NCBI GenBank assembly: GCA_039808625.1 | Contig: JBDHTK010000001.1 | Coordinates: forward strand, 1 to 58,602 | Direction of reading: 5' to 3' | Length of the DNA: 58,602 nt | From: Devosia sp. | Lineage (GTDB): Bacteria > Pseudomonadota > Alphaproteobacteria > Rhizobiales > Devosiaceae | In this document: positions 1 to 8,828 of the stretch, piece by piece | How the letters are laid out: every line of letters begins with the position of its first letter | Position numbering within the stretch: the stretch's first letter is position 1 | Program-made: the position numbers and the translations under genes | The notes under the pieces: generated by a model | Told to the model about the DNA's origin: nothing | What the model saw: the letters and a program-made list of their open reading frames with translations, nothing else | Databases searched by the model: none

Positions 1-19
1 GCCTTTGCCCGCCCACCGT

Positions 20-98
20 GTCATCCCCGCCGGCGGACCTTCAGGCTGAGCCAGAGGACTTTGAGACGCCCCCGGATTCCCGCCGGCGCGGGAATGAC
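20..98. repeat. REP-like inverted palindromic pair (ATTCCC-N8-GGGAAT type)
   Basis: GTCATCCCCGCCGGCGG at 20-36 is a partial inverted copy of GGATTCCCGCCGGCGCGGGAATGAC at 74-98; the right arm is itself a 6-8-6 palindrome. Confidence 0.6.
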
Positions 99-211
99 TG
101 ACTGAGAGGGCGGTGCGCATGGGCGGCGCGGCAGCCGGATAAGGTGTAAGGGGTTTCAAAGCTCGGCGCCAGCACCTAGATTTGGCGGCACGATCCATCG
201 AGCGAGTTTCC

Positions 212-3130
212 ATGTCCGCTGCTGCCGCCTTCGATCTCGTCCGCGACGAGACGATCCCCGAGATCGCCTCGCAGGTCCGCCTCTACCGCCACCGGAAGAC
301 CGGCGCTGAGGTGATGAGCTACGTCAATGACGACGAGAACAAGGTGTTCGGCATCACCTTCAAGACGCCGCCCGAGGACTCGACGGGCGTCGCGCACATC
401 CTCGAGCATTCGGTGCTGTGCGGATCGCGCAAGTACCCGGTGAAGAAGCCGTTCGTCGAGCTCATCAAGAGCTCGATGAACACCTTCCTCAACGCCATGA
501 CCTTCCCCGACAAGACCGCCTACCCGGTGGCGTCGCAGAACCTCAAGGATTTCTACAACCTCGTCGACGTCTATCTCGACGCGGTGTTCTTCCCCAGGCT
601 CAGCGAGGACATCTTCCGCCAGGAGGGCTGGCACTACGAGGCCGACGGCACGCAGATGCCGCTGAGCTTCAAGGGCGTCGTGTTCAACGAGATGAAGGGC
701 GCCTATTCGTCGCCGGCGGCGCTGCTCGGCAAGGTGAGCCAGCTGTCGCTCTATCCCGACACCGCCTATGGCGTGAATTCGGGCGGCGACCCCAAGGCCA
801 TCCCCGACTTGACCTATGCCTATTTCAAGCGCTTCCACGAGCGCTTCTACCATCCGTCGAACGCCAGAATCGTGTTCTATGGAGACGATCCGGAAGCGCA
901 GCGGCTGGCGCTGCTCGACGCGTATCTGAGCCAGTTCGACAAGGCGCCGGTGGATGCCAATGTGGCGTTGCAGCCGCGCTTCGCCGCGCCGCGCCATATC
1001 GAGAGCAGCTACGCGGCGACGGAAGCCGAGCCCGGCAAGAAGACGGGCATGATCACCGTCAACTGGATGCTGGACGAGATCACCGATCCCGAGACGATGC
1101 TGGCGCTCAACGTGCTGGAATCGGTGCTGGTGGGCACGCCGGCCGCGCCGCTGCGCAAGGCGCTGACCGAGTCCGGGCTGGGCGAGGGGCTGACCGGCTC
1201 CGGCCTCGCCGACGATCTGCGCCAGCCCTATTTCACCGTCGGCCTCAAGGGCATCGACGAGGCCGATGGCGGCAAGGTCGAGGCGCTGGTGCTCGAGACG
1301 CTCGGCGGGCTGGTGCGCGACGGCATCGACCCGCTGACGGTCGAGGCGGCGCTGAACTCGTTCGAGTTCGCGCTGCGCGAGAACAATACCGGCAGCTTTC
1401 CGCGCGGCATGGCGCTGATGTTCCGCACCATGCGCAACTGGCTGCATGGCGGCGACCCGTTCGCGGCGCTGACCTACGAGGCGCCGCTCGCGGCGCTGAA
1501 GCAGAAGGTGGCGGCGGGGGCGCGCGTCTTCGAGGGGCTGATCGACACCTATCTCGTCGCCAACCAGCATCGCGTGACGGTGCTGCTCAAGGCCGACCCC
1601 GATCTCGCGGCGGCCGAGGCGGCCGAGGAGCGGGCGCGGCTCGACGCCGTCGCGGCGGAGCTCGACACGGCCGGGCGCGAGGCGGTGGTGGAGATGACGG
1701 CGCATCTCAGGGCGCTGCAGGCGGAGGCCGATCCGCCCGAGGCGCTGGCCAGGATCCCGGCGCTCGGGCTCGCCGACCTCGCGCGCACCAACAAGCCGAT
1801 CCCCAGCGAGCGCGGCGCGCTGGCGGGGGCGCGGCTGTTCACCCATATCCTGCCGACCAACGGCGTCATCTATCTCGACCTCGGCTTCGACCTCAGGCGC
1901 GTGCCGGCCGAGCTCGTGCCTTACCTGTCGCTGTTCTCGCGGGCGCTGTTCCAGACGGGCACGGCGAAGGAGGATTTCGTGTCGCTGATGCAGCGCATCG
2001 GGCGCGCGACCGGCGGCGTGGGCGCCAGCCGCTCGGTGTCGATGATGCGCGACACGCGCTCGGTCGCCGGCTGGCTGTTCGTGCGCGGCAAGGCGGTGCC
2101 CGACAAGGCCGACGAGCTCGTCGCCATCATCGGCGACGTGCTGGCGACGGCGCAGCTCGACAATCGCGCGCGCATCAGGCAGATGGCGCTCGAGGAAAAG
2201 GCCGGCCTCGAATCCGGGCTCGCGGCGCGCGGCCACGGCATCGCCGCCAGCCGGCTGGCGGCGGCGCTCAACCCGGCGGCCTGGGCCAATGAGCAGTCGG
2301 GCGGGGTGAGCTACCTGTTCTTCCTGCGCCAGCTTCTGGGCGAGATCGACAGCGAGGCGGGCTGGCAGAAGACCGTCGCGGCGTTCCGGACGCTGCGCGA
2401 CCTGCTGGTGGATCGCCACTCGATGGTGGTCAACGTCACCACCGAGGCGGGGCTGTGGGCGGCGCTGGCGCCCAAGCTCGAACGCTTCGTCGCCGGCCTG
2501 CCGGTGCGCGACGCCGCGCCCGTCGCCTGGCCGGAGGCGGTGGCGCGCGACGAGGGGCTGACCTTCCCCGGGCAGGTGAACTACGTCGCCAAGGGCGCCA
2601 ATCTCTATCCGCTCGGCTATGTCCATACGGGGGCGAGCGCGGTGGCGCTCAAGCATCTCAACACCACCTACCTCTGGGACAAGGTGCGGGTGCAGGGCGG
2701 CGCCTATGGCGGCTCGGCCGGGTTCGACCCGTTCTCCGGGGCGTTCATCTTCACCTCCTATCGCGACCCCAACCTGCTGCCGACGCTGGCCGCCTATGAC
2801 GGCGCGGCGGCCTATCTCCAGGCCGGGGTGGGCGAGCAGGACCTGGTGCGCTCGATCATCGGCGCCATCGGCGCCATCGACACCTACCGGCTGCCCGACG
2901 CCAAGGGGTTCACCGCGCTGATGTGGGAGCTGACGGGCAATACCGAGGAGAACCGCCAGCGCCGGCGCGAGGAGGTGCTGGGCGCGACCGCCGCCGATTT
3001 CCGGCGCTTCGGCGAGGTGCTGGGCGCGGTGGCGGAAGCCGGCCGCGTCGTGGTGCTCGGCCCGCAGAGCGCCATCGCGGCGGCGAATGCGGAGCGCGGC
3101 GACTTCCTCAGCGTCACCAGGGTGCTGTAG
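212..3130 (+). CDS. M16C insulinase-family zinc metallopeptidase (presequence protease PreP/Cym1-like)
   Basis: Inverted zincin HILEH in STGVAHILEHSVLCGSRKYPVK; FLNAMT; FKGVVFNEMKG; C-terminal RVQGGAYG and SYRDP; ATG at 212 (alternative TTG 182). Confidence 0.92.
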   Translation: MSAAAAFDLVRDETIPEIASQVRLYRHRKTGAEVMSYVNDDENKVFGITFKTPPEDSTGVAHILEHSVLCGSRKYPVKKPFVELIKSSMNTFLNAMTFPDKTAYPVASQNLKDFYNLVDVYLDAVFFPRLSEDIFRQEGWHYEADGTQMPLSFKGVVFNEMKGAYSSPAALLGKVSQLSLYPDTAYGVNSGGDPKAIPDLTYAYFKRFHERFYHPSNARIVFYGDDPEAQRLALLDAYLSQFDKAPVDANVALQPRFAAPRHIESSYAATEAEPGKKTGMITVNWMLDEITDPETMLALNVLESVLVGTPAAPLRKALTESGLGEGLTGSGLADDLRQPYFTVGLKGIDEADGGKVEALVLETLGGLVRDGIDPLTVEAALNSFEFALRENNTGSFPRGMALMFRTMRNWLHGGDPFAALTYEAPLAALKQKVAAGARVFEGLIDTYLVANQHRVTVLLKADPDLAAAEAAEERARLDAVAAELDTAGREAVVEMTAHLRALQAEADPPEALARIPALGLADLARTNKPIPSERGALAGARLFTHILPTNGVIYLDLGFDLRRVPAELVPYLSLFSRALFQTGTAKEDFVSLMQRIGRATGGVGASRSVSMMRDTRSVAGWLFVRGKAVPDKADELVAIIGDVLATAQLDNRARIRQMALEEKAGLESGLAARGHGIAASRLAAALNPAAWANEQSGGVSYLFFLRQLLGEIDSEAGWQKTVAAFRTLRDLLVDRHSMVVNVTTEAGLWAALAPKLERFVAGLPVRDAAPVAWPEAVARDEGLTFPGQVNYVAKGANLYPLGYVHTGASAVALKHLNTTYLWDKVRVQGGAYGGSAGFDPFSGAFIFTSYRDPNLLPTLAAYDGAAAYLQAGVGEQDLVRSIIGAIGAIDTYRLPDAKGFTALMWELTGNTEENRQRRREEVLGATAADFRRFGEVLGAVAEAGRVVVLGPQSAIAAANAERGDFLSVTRVL

Positions 3131-3144
3131 CGGCGCCGGAAAGG

Positions 3145-3170
3145 TGAACCGCGGACGGGCAATCCGCGTT
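3145..3170 (+). promoter_or_regulatory. Candidate EcfG/sigmaT (general stress ECF sigma) promoter
   Basis: TGAAC-N17-CGTT ending 11 nt before the ATG at 3182; consensus is GGAAC-N16/17-CGTT. Confidence 0.45.
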
Positions 3171-3181
3171 AGTCTCGTGCC

Positions 3182-4186
3182 ATGGACGAGGCCTTGCTCG
3201 GGCGCGACCTCAGGATCGCCCCCATCGACGTTTTCATCGACCCGCCGGAGCCGCGGGCGCGCGCCATCATCACGCATGGCCACGCCGACCATGCGCGCGC
3301 CGGCCACGGCGCGGTGCTGGCCACGCCCGACACCATCGCCATCATGCAGGCGCGCTACGGCGCCGACGCGGCCGGCACGTGGCAGCCCTTGCCCTATGGC
3401 GAGGCGCTCGACATCGACGGGGTGCGCGTGTCGCTGCACCCGGCCGGGCACATCCTCGGCTCGGCGCAGGTGCGGCTCGAACAGCGCGGCCAGCGCGTCG
3501 TCGTCACCGGCGACTACAAGCGCCTGCCCGACCGCACGGCGGCGCCGTTCGAGCTGGTGGCGTGCGACCTGCTCGTCACCGAGGCGACCTTCGGGCTGCC
3601 GGTGTTCCAGCATCCCCAGCCGCAAGGCGAGATCGGCCGGCTGCTGGCCTCGCTCGCGGCCTTTCCCGAGCGCGCGCATGTCGTCGGCTGCTACGCGCTG
3701 GGCAAGGCGCAACGCGTCATCGCGCTGTTGCGCGACGCCGGCTATGACGCGCCGATCTACCTGCACGGCGCGATGAGCCGGCTGTGCGCGCTCTACGAGG
3801 CGCGGGGCGTGGCGCTGGGCGACTTGCGGCCGGTGCTGGACACGCCCAAGGCCGAGCTCGAGGGGCAGGTGGTGATCGCGCCGCCCGCGGCCATCAAGGA
3901 TCGCTGGAGCCGGCGCCTGCCCGACCCGGTGCTGGCGGTCGCCTCGGGCTGGATGAGCGTCAAGCAGCGGGCGCGGCAGGCGGGCGTGGAGCTGCCGCTG
4001 GTCATCTCCGACCACGCCGACTGGAACGAACTGCGCGCCACCATCGCCGAGACCGGCGCCGGTCGCGTGTGGGTGACGCACGGGCGCGAGGATGCGCTGG
4101 TCTACTGGAGCCGGCAGCAGGGGCTCGCCGCCGAGCCGCTCAACATCGTCGCCTTCGAGGACGATGGCGGCGAGGCGGGCGCATGA
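3182..4186 (+). CDS. Ligase-associated DNA damage response exonuclease (MBL/beta-CASP)
   Basis: THGHADH, PAGHILGSAQ, TGDYK, TEATFGLP, SDHADW and VTHG motifs; ATGA overlap with the ligase. Confidence 0.92.
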   Translation: MDEALLGRDLRIAPIDVFIDPPEPRARAIITHGHADHARAGHGAVLATPDTIAIMQARYGADAAGTWQPLPYGEALDIDGVRVSLHPAGHILGSAQVRLEQRGQRVVVTGDYKRLPDRTAAPFELVACDLLVTEATFGLPVFQHPQPQGEIGRLLASLAAFPERAHVVGCYALGKAQRVIALLRDAGYDAPIYLHGAMSRLCALYEARGVALGDLRPVLDTPKAELEGQVVIAPPAAIKDRWSRRLPDPVLAVASGWMSVKQRARQAGVELPLVISDHADWNELRATIAETGAGRVWVTHGREDALVYWSRQQGLAAEPLNIVAFEDDGGEAGA

Positions 4187-5763
4187 AGGCCTTCGCGCAA
4201 CTGCTGGAGCTCCTGGCGCTGACGCCCTCGCGCAACCGCAAGCTCGAGGCGCTGGTGCGCTATTTCGCGGCGACGCCCGATCCCGACCGCGGCTATGCGC
4301 TGGCCATCCTCACCGGGGCGCTGACCTTCAGGAACGTCAAGCCCGCGGTGCTGCGCGACGTGGTGACGCGCGAGGTGGACCCGGTGCTGTTCGCCATGAG
4401 CCACGATTATGTCGGCGACCTCGGCGAAACGGTCGCGCTGATCTGGCCGCATCATGGCGGCGAGGAGCCGCTGCCATCGCTCGGCGAGCTGGTCGCGCTC
4501 TTCAACACCACCAGCAAGTCGGCGCTGCCGGGGCTCATCGCCTCGCTGCTGACGCGCGCCGCGGTCAACGAGCGCTGGGCGCTGGTGAAGCTCGCCACCG
4601 GCGCGCTGCGCATCGGGCTTTCGGCGCGGCTCGCCAAGACCGCCCTCGCCACGCTCGGCGGCAAGGACCTGCAGGCGCTCGAAGAGATCTGGCACGGGCT
4701 CGAAATGCCCTACACCGAGCTTTTCGCCTGGCTCGACGGGCGGGGGCCGCGGCCGGACATCGACCACGCCTCGCGCTTTCATCCGCTGATGCTGGCCAAC
4801 CCCATCGACGAGGCCAGGGATTTCGCGGCGCTGGCGCCGGCCGATTTCGCCGCCGAGTGGAAATGGGACGGCATTCGCGTGCAGCTCATCCTCGGGCAGG
4901 AGGGGCGGGCGTCGCTGTTCTCGCGCACCGGCGACGACATCGCGGCGGCGTTCCCCGATCTCGTCGGCAATGTGTTCGGCGAGGCGGTGCTCGACGGCGA
5001 ACTGCTGGTGGGACACGATTTCGAGCCGGCGCCGTTCAACGCGCTGCAGCAGCGGCTCAACCGCAAGCTGGCCGCAGCGAAGCTGATGGAGCAGTATCCG
5101 GCTTTCGTCAGGGTCTACGACATGCTGTTCGACGGGCGCGAGGACATCCGGAGCGAAGGCTGGCAGGCACGGCGGCAGCGGCTCGAGGCGTGGTTCGCGC
5201 GCCAGCCGCAGACGCGGCTCGACCTGTCGCCGGTGCTGGAGTTCGCCGACTGGCCGGGGCTGGCCGAGCTGCGCCGGCACGGCGCCGCCGAGCACGGCCA
5301 CGAGGGCGTGATGCTGAAGCTGAGGGCCGCGCCCTATGTGCCGGGGCGGCCCAAGGGACTGTGGTTCAAGTGGAAGCGCGACCCCAACATGGTCGACGCG
5401 GTGCTGATGTATGCGCAGCGCGGGCATGGCAAGCGAAGCTCATTCTACTCGGACTATACGTTCGGGGTGTGGCAGGGCGACGAGATCGTGCCCATCGGCA
5501 AGGCCTATTTCGGCTTCACCGACGAGGAGCTGCGCGCGCTCGACCGCTGGGTGCGCAACAATACGGTCAAGGCCTTCGGGCCGGTGCGCGAGGTGAAGAA
5601 GGCGCTGGTGTTCGAGGTGGCCTTCGATTCCGCGCAGCTGTCGGCGCGGCACAAATCGGGCGTGGCGCTACGCTTTCCGCGTATCAACCGCATCCGCTGG
5701 GACAAGCCGGCGGCCGAGGCGGCGACGCTCGACGACATGCGGATTTTCGTGGAGGCCACCTGA
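4183..5763 (+). CDS. ATP-dependent DNA ligase (cisplatin damage response family)
   Basis: Motif I EWKWDGIRVQ; LDGEL; EGVMLK; WFKWK; LRFPR; ATG at 4183 overlaps the upstream TGA. Confidence 0.93.
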   Translation: MKAFAQLLELLALTPSRNRKLEALVRYFAATPDPDRGYALAILTGALTFRNVKPAVLRDVVTREVDPVLFAMSHDYVGDLGETVALIWPHHGGEEPLPSLGELVALFNTTSKSALPGLIASLLTRAAVNERWALVKLATGALRIGLSARLAKTALATLGGKDLQALEEIWHGLEMPYTELFAWLDGRGPRPDIDHASRFHPLMLANPIDEARDFAALAPADFAAEWKWDGIRVQLILGQEGRASLFSRTGDDIAAAFPDLVGNVFGEAVLDGELLVGHDFEPAPFNALQQRLNRKLAAAKLMEQYPAFVRVYDMLFDGREDIRSEGWQARRQRLEAWFARQPQTRLDLSPVLEFADWPGLAELRRHGAAEHGHEGVMLKLRAAPYVPGRPKGLWFKWKRDPNMVDAVLMYAQRGHGKRSSFYSDYTFGVWQGDEIVPIGKAYFGFTDEELRALDRWVRNNTVKAFGPVREVKKALVFEVAFDSAQLSARHKSGVALRFPRINRIRWDKPAAEAATLDDMRIFVEAT

Positions 5764-6017
5764 TGTCGTCGCAATCCATCGAGCGCCAGCTGGCGGCGCT
5801 CACGGCAGAAATGGCGGCGGCCGCAGCGGCCGAGGATTTCGAGCGCGCGGCGCGGCTGCGCGACGAGATCGAGGCGCTGCGCGCGCCCGCCATCCGCAAG
5901 CCGCCGCCGGGGCAGATGGGGCTCGGCACCAACATTCCCGTGGCGGCGCCGCCGCGCGGCTGGCGGTGGCCGAAGAAGCCCGACCCGATGACAACGAATA
6001 TCAAGCGCGGCCGCTGA
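5763..6017 (+). CDS. Small UvrB/UvrC (UVR) motif protein, 84 aa
   Basis: EMAAAAAAEDFERAARLRDEI UVR coiled-coil followed by PPPGQMGLGT...KKPDPMT; TGATG coupling to the ligase stop. Confidence 0.8.
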   Translation: MSSQSIERQLAALTAEMAAAAAAEDFERAARLRDEIEALRAPAIRKPPPGQMGLGTNIPVAAPPRGWRWPKKPDPMTTNIKRGR

Positions 6018-6184
6018 CATCGCATTTCCCACGGGCCGGCAAGACTCCCATAACCAATGCCCCCGACAGTTGTTCGTCACCGCCGCTTTCCGATGGCCCG
6101 GGGAGGGATTCTTCATAGTCTTGGGCGGCAATATTCGGCGTGCGACCGCGGGAGTCGCGCCGGACGGGAGACGACTGTCCAAGC

Positions 6185-8386
6185 ATGGGCACGGCAGGCA
6201 AAATCGGGGGCGCCGCACGCGCGCTGGTGGCGATCGCGGCGGATGAAATCGACCAGGCGGTGCTGGTGGCGGATGCCGGGGGGCGGATCGTCTATTCCAA
6301 CCGCGCCTTTCACGCCGCCTTCGGCTACCGGCCGCGCGCCATCAGGGGGCGCATGGCGCTCGAACTGCTCGCGGCCGAGGGCGTGGACGCCGGCGTCATC
6401 GCGCGCATCCGCGCCGAGCTGGCGGAAAGGCGCGCCTTCCAGGAGGAGGTGCCGCTGGTCAGCGCCAGCGGGGCCGTCGTGTGGATGTCGGCGCTGGTGA
6501 AGCCGATCTACGACCGGGCCGGCGCGCTGGCGCACTACCTGCTGGTGTTTTCCGACGCCGCCGAATCCAAGCAGATCCAGCGCCTGCAGCGCGACGTGCT
6601 GGAGGCGGTGGCGCAGGACCGGCCGCTGGCCGAGGTGATGGACCTCATCTGCCGGCGGGTCGAGAGCATGGCGCCCGACGTCGTGTGCTCCATCCTGGCG
6701 GTGGACGAGGGGGCGCGGCTGCGCCCACTGGCGGCGCCGTCGCTGCCGGCGCATTTCGCCCGCTCGGTCGACGGCGTGCCGATCGGGCCGCAGCACGGCT
6801 CGTGCGGCACCGCCGCCTGGCGCAAGGCGCCGGTGGTGGTCGAGGACATCGACAGCGACCCGCTGTGGGAACGCTTCAAGCAGCTGCCGCTGGCGCTCGG
6901 GCTCGTGGCCTGCTGGTCGAGTCCGATCACGCTGCACGATGGCCGCGTCGCCGGCAGCTTCGCCTTCTACTACCGGCAGCGGCGCGGCCCGAGCACCTGG
7001 CACGAACACATCGTGCGCGCCTGCGTCAGCCTGTGCGTCATCGCGCTCGAACGGCACGAGGCGACGGCGCGCATCGCCCGGCTCGCCTATTACGACAGCC
7101 TCACGGGCCTGCCCAACCGGGCGCGGCTGCGCGAGGAGATGGAACGGCGTTTCGACCGGGCCGAGCCGCCGCAGGCGGCGCTGCTGTTCCTCGACATCGA
7201 CCATTTCAAGGACGTCAACGATACGCTCGGCCATCCGGTCGGCGACAGCTTCCTGCGCGAGATCGCGCGACGTATCGAGGGCGTGGCGCAGCCGGGCGAC
7301 ATGGTCAGCCGGCACGGCGGCGACGAGTTCGTCGTGGTGCTGGCCGAGGCCGGCGCCGACCGCGCCGAGGCGGTGGCCCGGCAATTGCTCGACGCCATCG
7401 ACGCGGCCGTGGAGGTGGAGGGCATCGCGCTGCCGGCCTCGGCCAGCATCGGCATCAGCCTGTGCCCCGGCGACGGCACCGACAGCGCGACGCTGCTGCG
7501 CAACGCCGATACCGCCATGTACCGCGCCAAGAGCGAGGGGCGCAGCACGTACCGCTTCTTCACGCCCGAGATGAACCGCACGGCGCAGGACCGGCTGCTG
7601 CTCGGCGCGCTGCTGCGCGAGGCGGTGAACGGCGGCCAGCTCCGCCTCGCCTACCAGCCGCAGATCGACGCGCAGAGCGGGCGCGTCGCCGGGGTCGAGG
7701 CGCTGGTGCGCTGGTGGCATCCGGCGCTGGGCGAGGTGCCGCCGAGCCGCTTCGTGCCGCTGGCCGAGGACAATGGGCTGATCGAGACGCTGGGGACGTT
7801 CTGCTTCGGCGAGGCGTGCGCGCAGCTGCGCCGCTGGGACGCGGCGGGCCACTACGTGCCGCGGCTCGCCGTCAACGTCTCGGCGCTGCAGTTCCGCGCC
7901 CCGGCGCTGCCGCGGCTGGTGGCGGCGGCGCTCGAGCAGCATGGCATTGCGCCCGCGCGGCTGACCATCGAGGTGACGGAGAGCGCGATGACGGACGACA
8001 GCCCCGCCGCTGCCGACACCGTCGCGGCGCTGCGGGCGATGGGGCTCGCCATCTCGATGGACGAGTTCGGCACCGGCTATTCCAGCCTCAGCCACCTGGC
8101 GCGGCTGCCGGTGTCGGAGATCAAGATCGACCGCGGCTTCATGGCCGACCTCGAGCAGAGCGAGACGGTGCAGGCGCTGGTCACGGCGGTGATCCGCATC
8201 GGCGAGGCGCTGAAGCTGCGGGTGGTGGCCGAGGGCGTCGAGACGCTGGCGCAGCGGCGCTTCCTCGAGGCGCTGGGCTGCGGGGTGCTGCAGGGGGCGC
8301 TGTTCGCCGAGGCGATGGAGCCGGCGGCCCTCACGGCCTGGCTGGCGGGCCGCGACGAAGCCACCCCGGTGCGCGGCGCGGCGTAG
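6185..8386 (+). CDS. PAS-GAF-GGDEF-EAL c-di-GMP signalling protein (DosP-like architecture)
   Basis: PAS (GRIVYSN), GAF (GSCGTAAW), DSLTGLPNR, SRHGGDEF, EALVRW, DEFGTGYSSL, AEGVET; start codon uncertain (ATG 6185 chosen). Confidence 0.88.
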   Translation: MGTAGKIGGAARALVAIAADEIDQAVLVADAGGRIVYSNRAFHAAFGYRPRAIRGRMALELLAAEGVDAGVIARIRAELAERRAFQEEVPLVSASGAVVWMSALVKPIYDRAGALAHYLLVFSDAAESKQIQRLQRDVLEAVAQDRPLAEVMDLICRRVESMAPDVVCSILAVDEGARLRPLAAPSLPAHFARSVDGVPIGPQHGSCGTAAWRKAPVVVEDIDSDPLWERFKQLPLALGLVACWSSPITLHDGRVAGSFAFYYRQRRGPSTWHEHIVRACVSLCVIALERHEATARIARLAYYDSLTGLPNRARLREEMERRFDRAEPPQAALLFLDIDHFKDVNDTLGHPVGDSFLREIARRIEGVAQPGDMVSRHGGDEFVVVLAEAGADRAEAVARQLLDAIDAAVEVEGIALPASASIGISLCPGDGTDSATLLRNADTAMYRAKSEGRSTYRFFTPEMNRTAQDRLLLGALLREAVNGGQLRLAYQPQIDAQSGRVAGVEALVRWWHPALGEVPPSRFVPLAEDNGLIETLGTFCFGEACAQLRRWDAAGHYVPRLAVNVSALQFRAPALPRLVAAALEQHGIAPARLTIEVTESAMTDDSPAAADTVAALRAMGLAISMDEFGTGYSSLSHLARLPVSEIKIDRGFMADLEQSETVQALVTAVIRIGEALKLRVVAEGVETLAQRRFLEALGCGVLQGALFAEAMEPAALTAWLAGRDEATPVRGAA

Positions 8387-8429
8387 CGGCAGCACGTGGC
8401 CGACGGCGTCGCGGGCGCAAAATTTCGTT

Positions 8430-8828
8430 CTAGCCCGTCTGCGCGAGGCGGTCGGCGGCGAGCTTCTTGATCTCGCGCAGCTCGGCGATGGTCGTCTCGA
8501 GGTCGGCGAGCTGCTGCTCGAGCAGCGCCATGCGCTGGTCCACCATCTCGACCAGCAGGCGCACCTGGGCGTGCTGGGTGCGGTCGGCGTCGTAGAGGCT
8601 CAGATAGTCGGAGATGTCGCGCAGCGAGAAGCCCAGCCGCTTGCCGCGCAGGATGAGGATGAGGCGGGCGCGGTCGCGGCGGCGGAAGACGCGGGTGGAG
8701 CCGACGCGCTCCGGCGTCAGCAGCCCCTTGGTCTCGTAGAAGCGGATGGCGCGCGTCGAGATGCCGAACTCGCGCGCCAGATCGGCGATGGAGAACAGGT
8801 CGTGGTCCTCGCTCTCCCGCCGGTTCAC
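8430..8828 (-). CDS. MerR-family transcriptional regulator (LiuR-like)
   Basis: FSIADLAREFGISTRAIRFYE...LILRGKRLGFSL; overlaps the fadD stop. Confidence 0.88.
   Translation of the reverse strand: MNRRESEDHDLFSIADLAREFGISTRAIRFYETKGLLTPERVGSTRVFRRRDRARLILILRGKRLGFSLRDISDYLSLYDADRTQHAQVRLLVEMVDQRMALLEQQLADLETTIAELREIKKLAADRLAQTG

Noticed and set aside
3135-3160. Possible LexA box before the exonuclease
   Set aside because: Only one GAAC; no second GAAC/GTTC at 11-bp spacing.
176-4081. 1301-aa minus-strand ORF and many other long antisense or alternative-frame ORFs
   Set aside because: Shadow ORFs of real genes in high-GC DNA; Arg/Gly/Ala-rich with no recognisable motifs.
6018-6184. Several short inverted repeats upstream of the c-di-GMP gene (possible riboswitch)
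   Set aside because: No recognisable riboswitch consensus; short stems are expected at this GC content. An Rfam/Infernal scan would be needed.
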